Shown one piece after another: positions 1 through 7,641 of a DNA stretch of 35,133 nucleotides. Below the pieces are notes generated by a model. The model ran no database searches and was not told the DNA's origin. It worked only from the letters and a program-made list of their open reading frames with translations. The stretch spans positions 1 to 35,133 of the forward strand of contig JAZDLF010000002.1 of the NCBI GenBank assembly GCA_043802295.1, read 5' to 3'. The position numbers were made by a program, and so were the translations under genes. Positions within the stretch are counted from its first letter, which is position 1, and each line of letters opens with the position of its first letter. This DNA comes from Candidatus Woesearchaeota archaeon (GTDB taxonomy: Archaea > Nanobdellota > Nanobdellia > SCGC-AAA011-G17 > JAPLZO01).

Positions 1-1032
1 CCAATTACTAGTTATATCCCAATCAACTTTTGTATTTGTTAAAGTTCTTCCTATAAAATCAGCATAAGTAGTTGGAGCAATTGCATTATCTTGATTTTCT
101 GCTGAAATTTTTGTGTATACTGCAGTTCCTGTTCCTGGTGATACAGAATAAGATACAAAAATAATATGTGCATTTTTAATAACTGCTCCTTGTGGAATAC
201 TTATATTTGTAAATCTAAAAGATTGATGATAAAGTTGAGAAATAGTAGAATAAATTCCAGTAGCATAATATGCAGTATTTAAATAAAAAGTTGCTGTTCT
301 TATATCTATACCACAATCATCACTTCTTGCGCTAACTTGTCTAATTAAAGAGTTAGAAGGACAATTACCACAATTTATAGTTCCATTACAACCATCACTC
401 CATGACCCACAAGTTTTACCTAAATCAGAACATGTCTTAAGAGTACATGAGCTTATACAGTTTCCATTAGAACATATTTGTCCTTGATTGCAATTAACAA
501 TATTCCAATCTAAACATGCATCAGTATCATATTGGCCACATATTTGATAAGATGTATTAGTATAACATTGTTTTAATCCATTTGTGGTACAATCATCTGT
601 ACAAGAAATATCACTTGCAACTTTACCTTCCCACATATATATTCTAAATACCTTAGGATTTATTAATCCTGATTCTTGTGATATAAAAACATTTTTAGAA
701 TAAATTGATTTATCTATTGGTAATGTTATACCCAATTTTTGCAAACAACTAGTTGAAGTATCACACATTTCAAATTGATAATTGTAACCAGATGGAGTAT
801 TTTTTTTAACTAAAGTTTCAACACAAGGTCTATCATCCTTAACAATACAATCTCTATAAGTTGAGTTATACAAAACTTGAGTTACTATAAATTCTTCTGA
901 GCTTTCAACGTTTTGTGGAGTTGTTTCTTCTGGTAAATGATTTTTAGGTGTGATTACATATATAAAACCCAATATTATTAATATTGCAATAACTGCTTCT
1001 ATTGTTTTTAAATAACCTTTTTTATTTACCAT
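1..1032 (-). CDS. Cys-rich secreted or pilus-associated protein, partial (3' end lies beyond the window edge)
   Basis: Absent from the ORF track because it runs off the window. Hand translation of the minus strand from ATG 1032..1030 (MVNKKGYLKTIEAVIAILIILGFIYV...) stays open for all 344 codons down to position 1. It has a basic N-terminus and a hydrophobic helix, followed by a Cys-dense segment (CTDDCTTNGLKQC...CNQGQICSNGNCISSC...CGNC). Its start overlaps the stop of the upstream gene (ATGGTAA). Confidence 0.6.
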   Translation of the reverse strand, partial: MVNKKGYLKTIEAVIAILIILGFIYVITPKNHLPEETTPQNVESSEEFIVTQVLYNSTYRDCIVKDDRPCVETLVKKNTPSGYNYQFEMCDTSTSCLQKLGITLPIDKSIYSKNVFISQESGLINPKVFRIYMWEGKVASDISCTDDCTTNGLKQCYTNTSYQICGQYDTDACLDWNIVNCNQGQICSNGNCISSCTLKTCSDLGKTCGSWSDGCNGTINCGNCPSNSLIRQVSARSDDCGIDIRTATFYLNTAYYATGIYSTISQLYHQSFRFTNISIPQGAVIKNAHIIFVSYSVSPGTGTAVYTKISAENQDNAIAPTTYADFIGRTLTNTKVDWDITSNW

Positions 1033-1754
1033 ACTTCTAAATGTATTATTACTGTTTTTAAAATACCATATTCATCTAAAATAAAATCTCTCCATCTTTT
1101 AACAAAAACACTTGCTCCCTCATCTTGTTGTCCAGTACTATAATCAGGTTGTATATCTTGTAAATTATAATTCATGTCATCTCTATTTAACTTATAAATT
1201 CTAAAATCTTTACCTAAAGGATAGCTCCAATTAATTTTTAAATTATTTTTGATTAGATCTAAAAATCTATTTTCTGATATTCCAATAACACTTTCAGTAG
1301 CACCAAAATCAGCATAACAATTAAATAATTCCAAATTTAATGTATATTTTTCCAAAGGAAATTTAGTAGGATAATATATTAATGATATATTATCACAAAC
1401 ATTACTACCTCCCATACAACTAGGTAAGATTTTATATTCTTTTTTAAACTCATTAGATCCATCACTAAACTCCCAAAAACTACTTAAACTTACTTTTACA
1501 CTAGGATATTCATCTTGTTTTAAGCCTATTGTTGTACAATTATAAATTAAAAGAGGTGTTCTTTTAACAACCCAATAAGCGCCTTCACTAAAATCATTTG
1601 TATCTTTAAAATTGTTTTCTACAATATAAGCCAAATTTTCAGCTTTATGTATTGGTTTTATTCCTGGTTTTATTAATAAAAATAATATTATTAAATAAAC
1701 TATAAATAATCCCATACTAAACACCCAATCAACATGTAAAGCCCCTTTTTTCAT
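1026..1754 (-). CDS. Pilin-like or pilus-associated protein with an N-terminal class III-like signal/anchor
   Basis: ORF track entry. N-terminus is MKKGALHVDWVFSMGLFIVYLIILFLLI (basic residues, Gly, then a long hydrophobic helix). GGAGG lies upstream and the start shares one base with the upstream stop (TAATG) inside the pilus operon. Confidence 0.55.
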   Translation of the reverse strand: MKKGALHVDWVFSMGLFIVYLIILFLLIKPGIKPIHKAENLAYIVENNFKDTNDFSEGAYWVVKRTPLLIYNCTTIGLKQDEYPSVKVSLSSFWEFSDGSNEFKKEYKILPSCMGGSNVCDNISLIYYPTKFPLEKYTLNLELFNCYADFGATESVIGISENRFLDLIKNNLKINWSYPLGKDFRIYKLNRDDMNYNLQDIQPDYSTGQQDEGASVFVKRWRDFILDEYGILKTVIIHLEVW

Positions 1755-2605
1755 TATATTCCTCCTTTAGCTGTAGTTATTATTAATGTTCCAATAGTCA
1801 TCAATATTAATGAATGTAATAAACCTTGCTTAATTGTGCCTTCAGAAAATTTACCAACCATTAATCCTGTAAAAAAACCTTGTATTAAAACCAAACTAAA
1901 AAATATTCTATCTAAATCTTTTTGTGCCATCTTATCCCCACCACTAGTTATAGCACTAAATCCACCTAAACCTCCCTGCAAAGAACCACTTATCTCACCA
2001 AATTTTGGAAATAACCATAATTGTAATAATAACATAATAGCTATAAAAACAAAAAATACAATATAACCTTGTACTATTTGAGAAAATGCACTTGATCTCC
2101 TTTCCTCTTTCATCTTTTTAACATTAACAACAGAATTTGTTACAGAATCCAAAACATCACCAATATCACCACCACTTTCTTCTGCTTCAATTACAATAGC
2201 AACAGATCTCTTTATTACACCGTTTTCTGTATCATTAGCAAAAATATTTAATGCTTTATGTATTGGTATTCCCCATTCTATTTGATTAGACAATTTTTTA
2301 ATATAAGGACTTAAAGCTCCATAATCTTCATTAGAAACATGTAATATAGACTTTGGTATTGAAATTCCAGATTTAACACTTTCTACTAAATTTCTCACAA
2401 ATTCTAAAAATTTTAATTCAATTTCTTTTTGTCTTTTTGTTTCTTTAAGATAATCTAACCAAAATTGTAGCCATGCAATACTTATACATACAACAATTCC
2501 TGGCCAAAACCATCTTTCACCAAAAAATAATAAATAATCTATACCAAAAAGTACTAAAGCTACTAAAATTCCAATTAAATATTTTACTTTAAATCTTAAT
2601 TTCAT
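1754..2605 (-). CDS. Type II secretion F-domain membrane platform protein (TadB/FlaJ-like, single domain)
   Basis: A 283-aa polytopic membrane protein with a cytoplasmic helical domain (IPIHKALNIFANDTENGVIKRSVAIVIEAEESGGDIGDVLDSV), as seen in GspF/TadB/FlaJ platform proteins. It lies directly downstream of a second such gene and the secretion ATPase. Confidence 0.7.
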   Translation of the reverse strand: MKLRFKVKYLIGILVALVLFGIDYLLFFGERWFWPGIVVCISIAWLQFWLDYLKETKRQKEIELKFLEFVRNLVESVKSGISIPKSILHVSNEDYGALSPYIKKLSNQIEWGIPIHKALNIFANDTENGVIKRSVAIVIEAEESGGDIGDVLDSVTNSVVNVKKMKEERRSSAFSQIVQGYIVFFVFIAIMLLLQLWLFPKFGEISGSLQGGLGGFSAITSGGDKMAQKDLDRIFFSLVLIQGFFTGLMVGKFSEGTIKQGLLHSLILMTIGTLIITTAKGGI

Positions 2606-2606
2606 T

Positions 2607-3884
2607 TTATGTTTTAGGTTGGATTATATTTAAAAATAATATAAAAGCAACATTCAAAAATGGTATTATCAAATATGTTCCAAATACTGATAAGGTTTGA
2701 ACAGTTAAACCTCCAATTTTACCTCCCAAACTGTTTATTATTGCTAAAGTTACCATAAATAATAATGGTGCTGCAATTAAAACTCCTGTATAAATATCTG
2801 AATACGTAGATAGCATCTCAACATATTTTTGTCTTTCTAATTTATATGTTAACATTGCATCCTCTGCTTTTTCTTTTAAATAAGATTTTAAATTACCACC
2901 ACTTTCTATACAGGCAACTATTCCATTTAATAATTCACCAAATTCTTTTAATGGTGTTGTAATAGCTATTGTTTTTAATGCAGTAGATAAATCATAACCA
3001 AACAAATTTACATAATTAACAATTTTTTTAACTTCACTTTCTATGCCTTTATACTCACCAGAAGTTAATATTAAATTAAACATAACAATGGGTTGTGCTC
3101 CTGAACCTGCAACAGCTGACATATGAATTATCATAAATGGTAAATCGTCATTTATTGCTTTTCTTCTAGAACTAACGACTGTTGAAGGATATAAATAAAT
3201 TCCAGCAAATATCAAAGCTCCTATCAAAAGACCTAAACCAATAGATCTAATTAAAACAGTTATTAATGATAATTTCATTAAAAAAAATACTACCAATAAA
3301 ATTAAAAATGATCCAATTGTTCCTAATAATGTACTCATAAATATCATACTAACATAAGTTTTAGACAAAACTTTAATATCAGAAGATCTTAAAGAAGTAT
3401 AAACACTTTCAAAAAATTCAGGATATTTTTTGGTTATTTTTAAAGTAAAATTTTCAAAGAAAAAATTTGATATTTTACCATATTTACTAGCTTCATAAAT
3501 CGTATAGTCTGGTAATTTTACTTCTTGTATTTTTTTTAATTTAGTTATTTTTCTTAGATAGTCTTTCTCTATTTTTAACTCTTTCATATAACTTTCTTTT
3601 TCTGATTTTTTTTCTTTTTTAGTTGTAGCAATTTTTTTAATATCTAAAGAATCAATTATTCCTTGATTTAAACTTTCGATTTGATTTAATAATTGATAAA
3701 TATAATTATCATAAAAATCAATTTGTTCTTTTTCAGTTTTACCTTTTAAAATATTTTTTAATAAAACTTTATTACCCTTAGCTTTTTTCACAGCGTCTAA
3801 AAAATTAGTTTTATAATTTTTATAAATCTCGATTTCTTCTAATAAAGATAATATTTTCTTTGCGTTTTCTTTTAGCTCACTCAT
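2607..3884 (-). CDS. Type II secretion F-domain membrane platform protein (TadC/FlaJ-like) with a long N-terminal coiled-coil extension
   Basis: 425 aa. The first ~190 aa are Lys/Glu-rich coiled coil, followed by TM helices and a T2SSF-like cytoplasmic domain (LSTALKTIAITTPLKEFGELLNGIVACIESGGNLKSYLKEKAED). ATGA overlap with the upstream small ORF. Confidence 0.7.
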   Translation of the reverse strand: MSELKENAKKILSLLEEIEIYKNYKTNFLDAVKKAKGNKVLLKNILKGKTEKEQIDFYDNYIYQLLNQIESLNQGIIDSLDIKKIATTKKEKKSEKESYMKELKIEKDYLRKITKLKKIQEVKLPDYTIYEASKYGKISNFFFENFTLKITKKYPEFFESVYTSLRSSDIKVLSKTYVSMIFMSTLLGTIGSFLILLVVFFLMKLSLITVLIRSIGLGLLIGALIFAGIYLYPSTVVSSRRKAINDDLPFMIIHMSAVAGSGAQPIVMFNLILTSGEYKGIESEVKKIVNYVNLFGYDLSTALKTIAITTPLKEFGELLNGIVACIESGGNLKSYLKEKAEDAMLTYKLERQKYVEMLSTYSDIYTGVLIAAPLLFMVTLAIINSLGGKIGGLTVQTLSVFGTYLIIPFLNVAFILFLNIIQPKT

Positions 3885-4051
3885 TTTTTAGATTTTTCTT
3901 CTAAAATTAGATTTTTAATATTATTACATAATTTTATAATTTGATTTTTTATATCATTTGATTTTTTATCTTTTTTTAATGCTAACTCATCATATTTATC
4001 TGTTAATTCAAGAATTGTGCTTATATTTTGTTTTATTAGTTCAATAGTCAT
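3881..4051 (-). CDS. Small coiled-coil protein (56 aa), untracked ORF inside the pilus operon
   Basis: Hand translation, checked codon by codon: MTIELIKQNISTILELTDKYDELALKKDKKSNDIKNQIIKLCNNIKNLILEEKSKK. It has ATGA overlaps at both ends, with the ATPase stop (4048-4051) and the platform gene start (3881-3884). It is below the apparent 60-aa cutoff of the ORF track. Confidence 0.5.
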   Translation of the reverse strand: MTIELIKQNISTILELTDKYDELALKKDKKSNDIKNQIIKLCNNIKNLILEEKSKK

Positions 4052-5628
4052 TGTATAATACCAAATCTTTTTAAGACAGTATGAGGCATTTTATAATATT
4101 CATTTATTATATCGTGAACTTCTTTATAACCAAATATACCTCTTCTGTACATTCTCATTAAAAGTTCAGATCTAATTTTAAATTCTCTATACAAATCTTG
4201 TTTCATTATACCATGTTGCAACACAATTTTATCAAAAACTCTAGAATCTGGTTTAAAGAAAAATTTGTCTTTTTTAGGATCCCATATAAATGGCTTGTTC
4301 TCAATTGCTTCACCAATATTTTCTTCCACTTTTAAAATTTCAACAATTTCTTTAACTCTTCTAACCATCTTATCTCCTAATTTTGCTGTAATCATAACAC
4401 AAACAACATCTAATGAATCAACTAAAGCTGGTGACAAGTTTATTGGTGGTGTTTCCAATCTCCTAACCATTGTTGGTACATCTTCTGCATGCATAGTCCC
4501 TAAACTAGGATGACCAGAAGCCATTCCTTGAAATAAAACAAATGCTTCTACACCTCTAACTTCTCCAACAATTACATAGTCTGGTCTTTGTCTAAAACTT
4601 TCTTTTAATAATGTAAATAAATCAATCTCTCCTCTTTTACCTTCTGCACCCATTCCAATGCCACTTCTAGTAACAGATGGCAACCAATTTTCATGTAATA
4701 TATTAAGTTCTCTAGTATCTTCTATACTAACCACTCTTGATGAAGGTGGTATAAAAAATGCAAACGTATTAAGCAAAGTTGTCTTTCCACTGCCAGTCCC
4801 ACCAATAACCATTATATTACATTCATGTTCTATTAACAACCATATATAAGCCAACAATTCAGGACTCACTGTTCTAAATTCCATTAACTTAATAGGACTC
4901 CAAGGTTCTTTAGTGAATTTTCTGATTGTAAAAGTTGGTCCTCTTGAACTTATGTCTTGAGTATAAGTTGCATTTACTCTGCTTCCATCAGGCAAAGCAG
5001 CATCTAACAAAGGATTAGCATATGATATATATTGACCTGATTTTTGAGCCAATTTTTCTACAAAGTTTGTTAGTTCTTTAATATCATTATAGATTATATT
5101 TGTTCTCAGATTTTTATATCTTCTATGTACAATATAAATTGGAGTATTAGCACCATTACATTCTATATCTTCTATAAAATAATCTCTTAATAAAGGTTCA
5201 ATTTCATTTAATCCAACAAAATCTCTATAAATATAATACATTATTTTTATTAAAGTATCGTCACTTATTTTAATTTGTAGTTCATTTAATAAAACTCTAA
5301 TATTTTTTTCTAAATATTCAATTATAATATTAGGATCTTTAACACTAATAAAACTTATATTAATAAGTTCTCTAATACCATCTTCTAAAACACTCAATAG
5401 TTTTTTTTCTTTCTCATCTAAAACAGGCTCTTCTATATTGTATACTAATTCATTATTTGTGCTATCCCAAAAAACATGAGCGTAAACATAAGGACTTATT
5501 AATGGATATTTAACATCCAATTTTGTTTTATCAATTATATCTGGTATGTTTGGTATAATTGGTTGTTCAAATTTAAAAATTGACTTTTTTTCTTGAGAAA
5601 TTTCTAATTTTTTGCTAAATAAACCCAT
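4048..5628 (-). CDS. FlaI/PilB/VirB11-family type IV filament assembly ATPase
   Basis: Walker A (VIGGTGSGKTTLLN), Walker B (PDYVIVGEVRG) and His-box region (GHPSLGTMHA). Its 526-aa length and N-terminal domain are typical of archaeal FlaI/PilB-like secretion ATPases. Confidence 0.9.
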   Translation of the reverse strand: MGLFSKKLEISQEKKSIFKFEQPIIPNIPDIIDKTKLDVKYPLISPYVYAHVFWDSTNNELVYNIEEPVLDEKEKKLLSVLEDGIRELINISFISVKDPNIIIEYLEKNIRVLLNELQIKISDDTLIKIMYYIYRDFVGLNEIEPLLRDYFIEDIECNGANTPIYIVHRRYKNLRTNIIYNDIKELTNFVEKLAQKSGQYISYANPLLDAALPDGSRVNATYTQDISSRGPTFTIRKFTKEPWSPIKLMEFRTVSPELLAYIWLLIEHECNIMVIGGTGSGKTTLLNTFAFFIPPSSRVVSIEDTRELNILHENWLPSVTRSGIGMGAEGKRGEIDLFTLLKESFRQRPDYVIVGEVRGVEAFVLFQGMASGHPSLGTMHAEDVPTMVRRLETPPINLSPALVDSLDVVCVMITAKLGDKMVRRVKEIVEILKVEENIGEAIENKPFIWDPKKDKFFFKPDSRVFDKIVLQHGIMKQDLYREFKIRSELLMRMYRRGIFGYKEVHDIINEYYKMPHTVLKRFGIIQ

Positions 5629-5648
5629 AATACAACCTCTTTTTCAAA

Positions 5649-5666
5649 AAGTGTAACTAAACACTT
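5649..5666 (-). terminator. Hairpin plus U-tract between the pilin genes and the ATPase (possible attenuating terminator)
   Basis: On the minus strand the sequence reads AAGTGT-TTAGTT-ACACTT (6-bp stem) followed by TTTTTG. It sits 26 nt downstream of the stop of the pilin-like gene at 5692. An internal TATA-like ATTATATAAG and an AAGAGG Shine-Dalgarno (SD) ribosome-binding motif lie on either side of it, the TATA-like box just upstream and the SD further downstream, just before the ATPase ATG. Confidence 0.35.
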
Positions 5667-5691
5667 ATATAATTTTTGTATTACTTTTTAG

Positions 5692-6210
5692 TTACATTAG
5701 ACTTAATACAACAATAGGATTATTATCATCATATCTTCCACTATGTGTTATAGTTAAAGTATATTTTCCAGAAAAAGGGCCAACACTATTAGACTGTAGC
5801 TCTAATTTAGTTATATCATTGTAATTTAAATTTAAATTTATTATATATTTATCAACCTGTTTAGTTGGTTTTAAAATCATTTTTAAAATACCTTCAGTTA
5901 TTACTATATTAGGTTCCATCATTTTATCACTTGTTTCCATTTCCCAGCTTACATCAGTTTCATTAATATATAAGCTACCTTCATCTATTGTAAATGGACT
6001 TAAAACTCTTCTTGAGTTAGGGCCCTCATTAATAACTGTTCTTATATTTTTATCAAGAATAAACATAATATCTTTAGTTTGAGAAACAATATTCCTTTGA
6101 GTCATTTTTTTAATTAAAGGGACGCCAGCATTTAGAATTATAATTAAAACAATTACTCCTAAAGCTAAATACAATACAGCAGATATCCAAATATCACCTT
6201 TCTTTTTCAT
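5692..6210 (-). CDS. Pilin-like protein with a class III signal peptide
   Basis: N-terminus is MKKKGDIWISAVLYLALGVIVLIIILNAG (KKG followed by a hydrophobic helix). It lies in the pilin gene row upstream of the ATPase. Confidence 0.6.
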   Translation of the reverse strand: MKKKGDIWISAVLYLALGVIVLIIILNAGVPLIKKMTQRNIVSQTKDIMFILDKNIRTVINEGPNSRRVLSPFTIDEGSLYINETDVSWEMETSDKMMEPNIVITEGILKMILKPTKQVDKYIINLNLNYNDITKLELQSNSVGPFSGKYTLTITHSGRYDDNNPIVVLSLM

Positions 6211-6229
6211 TTTAAAAAAATAAAAAAAA

Positions 6230-6673
6230 TTAACAAGGGGTTGTTTCTTCTGCTACATAAGCACTACATGGAATACTTTCATTACTACCACCAGCTACAC
6301 TAGCTATTGCTTCAACTTTCTGTGATCCTGCTGGTATTGTGAATACATAATTTTTAACCATTTGGATTGGTAAATAATAATTTGTACTAGGTACTGGTGT
6401 TGTTACACTTCCAGAACTATCATATACTCTAAACACAAATGATTTTATATCAACACTACCTTTATTTTCTATAGTTAATCCAGTACAACCTGCTTTTGTT
6501 ATTTTAAAGTCTAATTGTGTACATTTTAATGCAGATTGTGTATTTTGTTCTGTAGATGTTGTCATATCTCTAACAAATCCACCGCCCCATGTCATTATAA
6601 CAGCAGCTAAAGCAACAGTAAATCCTATTAGCAATACAGTTGCTATTAATGGTGAAATTCCTTTTTTATTCAT
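6230..6673 (-). CDS. Archaeal type IV pilin (Pilin_N / DUF1628-type N-terminus)
   Basis: N-terminus is MNKKGISPLIATVLLIGFTVALAAVIMTW, the canonical archaeal class III signal (KG|ISPLIATVLLI). A strong SD motif (AAAGGAGGT) lies 8 nt upstream. Confidence 0.85.
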   Translation of the reverse strand: MNKKGISPLIATVLLIGFTVALAAVIMTWGGGFVRDMTTSTEQNTQSALKCTQLDFKITKAGCTGLTIENKGSVDIKSFVFRVYDSSGSVTTPVPSTNYYLPIQMVKNYVFTIPAGSQKVEAIASVAGGSNESIPCSAYVAEETTPC

Positions 6674-6688
6674 TTTAATTAACCTCCT

Positions 6689-7141
6689 TTATATTATACT
6701 TAGATCATAAATAACATGTTGAGCTGAACAAGGCTCATAAATATTTTTTCCAATTTTTAATTTTGGTATAACATCAACCTGTTTAGTTGTACTCAAGCAT
6801 GCAATTAAAAATTTATTATTTGAATAGGCATCTAAACTACTATCTAAATTTACAATTTTTATGTTTCCACTTTCTTCAGTGCATCTAAATGTAAAAGCAT
6901 CAATTTTTTCTCTTTGATTTTCTATAGAAATGTCTAAATTATTACCAATCACATTTATACCAGTAATATCTATTGCTATATCTGTTGCGCAGCTTAATTT
7001 TTGTTCAGCAACAGTACCCTCTTTTTGTTTAATCTCTTCTATATAACCTCTACCCCATAACATAACAATAACTAATAAAGCAACAACAAAACCAACTAAT
7101 AGAACAGTAGCAATTAATGGACTTACCCCTCTTTTTTTCAT
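6689..7141 (-). CDS. Archaeal type IV pilin (Pilin_N / DUF1628-type N-terminus)
   Basis: N-terminus is MKKRGVSPLIATVLLVGFVVALLVIVMLW. ATGA overlap with the upstream pilin gene. Confidence 0.85.
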   Translation of the reverse strand: MKKRGVSPLIATVLLVGFVVALLVIVMLWGRGYIEEIKQKEGTVAEQKLSCATDIAIDITGINVIGNNLDISIENQREKIDAFTFRCTEESGNIKIVNLDSSLDAYSNNKFLIACLSTTKQVDVIPKLKIGKNIYEPCSAQHVIYDLSII

Positions 7142-7557
7142 GGTTTACATATACCTCTTCTTGTTTTATCTGAACAACCAACTTTTTTGTTATTAACTTC
7201 TATAAATGGAATCATATCAAAACCAGTGTCATAATAACTTGGTGGTATTCCTAAGTTCACAGTACTAGTCGGAATAACCGCTGTATCTAATGTACTAGAG
7301 CTTATATTAGTTCTAATTATAAATTTTACTATTGTAAAAGAACCTCTATTATTAACTGATGTTGTTTTAGTAGTACAATTAGCATTTACAGTATAAATCA
7401 CATCTCTGCAGTTTATATCATTCTCCACCATTTCTGTTAATTCATCAGTATATTTTTCAGTTTGTTGTTTACTCCACATTATAACAGTAGTTCCTAATAG
7501 CACAGAAAATCCTAATAATAAAACCCAAGAAATAACTTCACTTACACCTCTTTTCAT
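7138..7557 (-). CDS. Archaeal type IV pilin-like protein, first gene of the operon
   Basis: N-terminus is MKRGVSEVISWVLLLGFSVLLGTTVIMW, a class III signal-like sequence. Confidence 0.75.
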   Translation of the reverse strand: MKRGVSEVISWVLLLGFSVLLGTTVIMWSKQQTEKYTDELTEMVENDINCRDVIYTVNANCTTKTTSVNNRGSFTIVKFIIRTNISSSTLDTAVIPTSTVNLGIPPSYYDTGFDMIPFIEVNNKKVGCSDKTRRGICKP

Positions 7558-7641
7558 TATAAATATTAATGTTAATTGATTTAAAAAGTTTTTGATGTTT
7601 GAGAGAAACCTTTATATATTTTCTTAGAACTAATATCATTT
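7558..7641. promoter_or_regulatory. Divergent promoter region (pilus operon to the left, aspS operon to the right)
   Basis: GAAACCTTTATATATT at 7605-7620 places a TATA box about 24 nt upstream of the aspS ATG, which suggests a leaderless mRNA. On the other strand, CTTTTTAAAT (7580-7589) lies about 23 nt upstream of the pilin ATG at 7557. Confidence 0.5.

Noticed and set aside
1836-2066. 76-aa plus-strand ORF
   Set aside because: It lies entirely antisense within the platform gene at 1754-2605. It is a low-complexity shadow ORF typical of AT-rich DNA.
4265-4849. Two plus-strand ORFs (4265-4513 and 4658-4849)
   Set aside because: Both lie antisense within the well-supported ATPase gene, and neither shows a motif.
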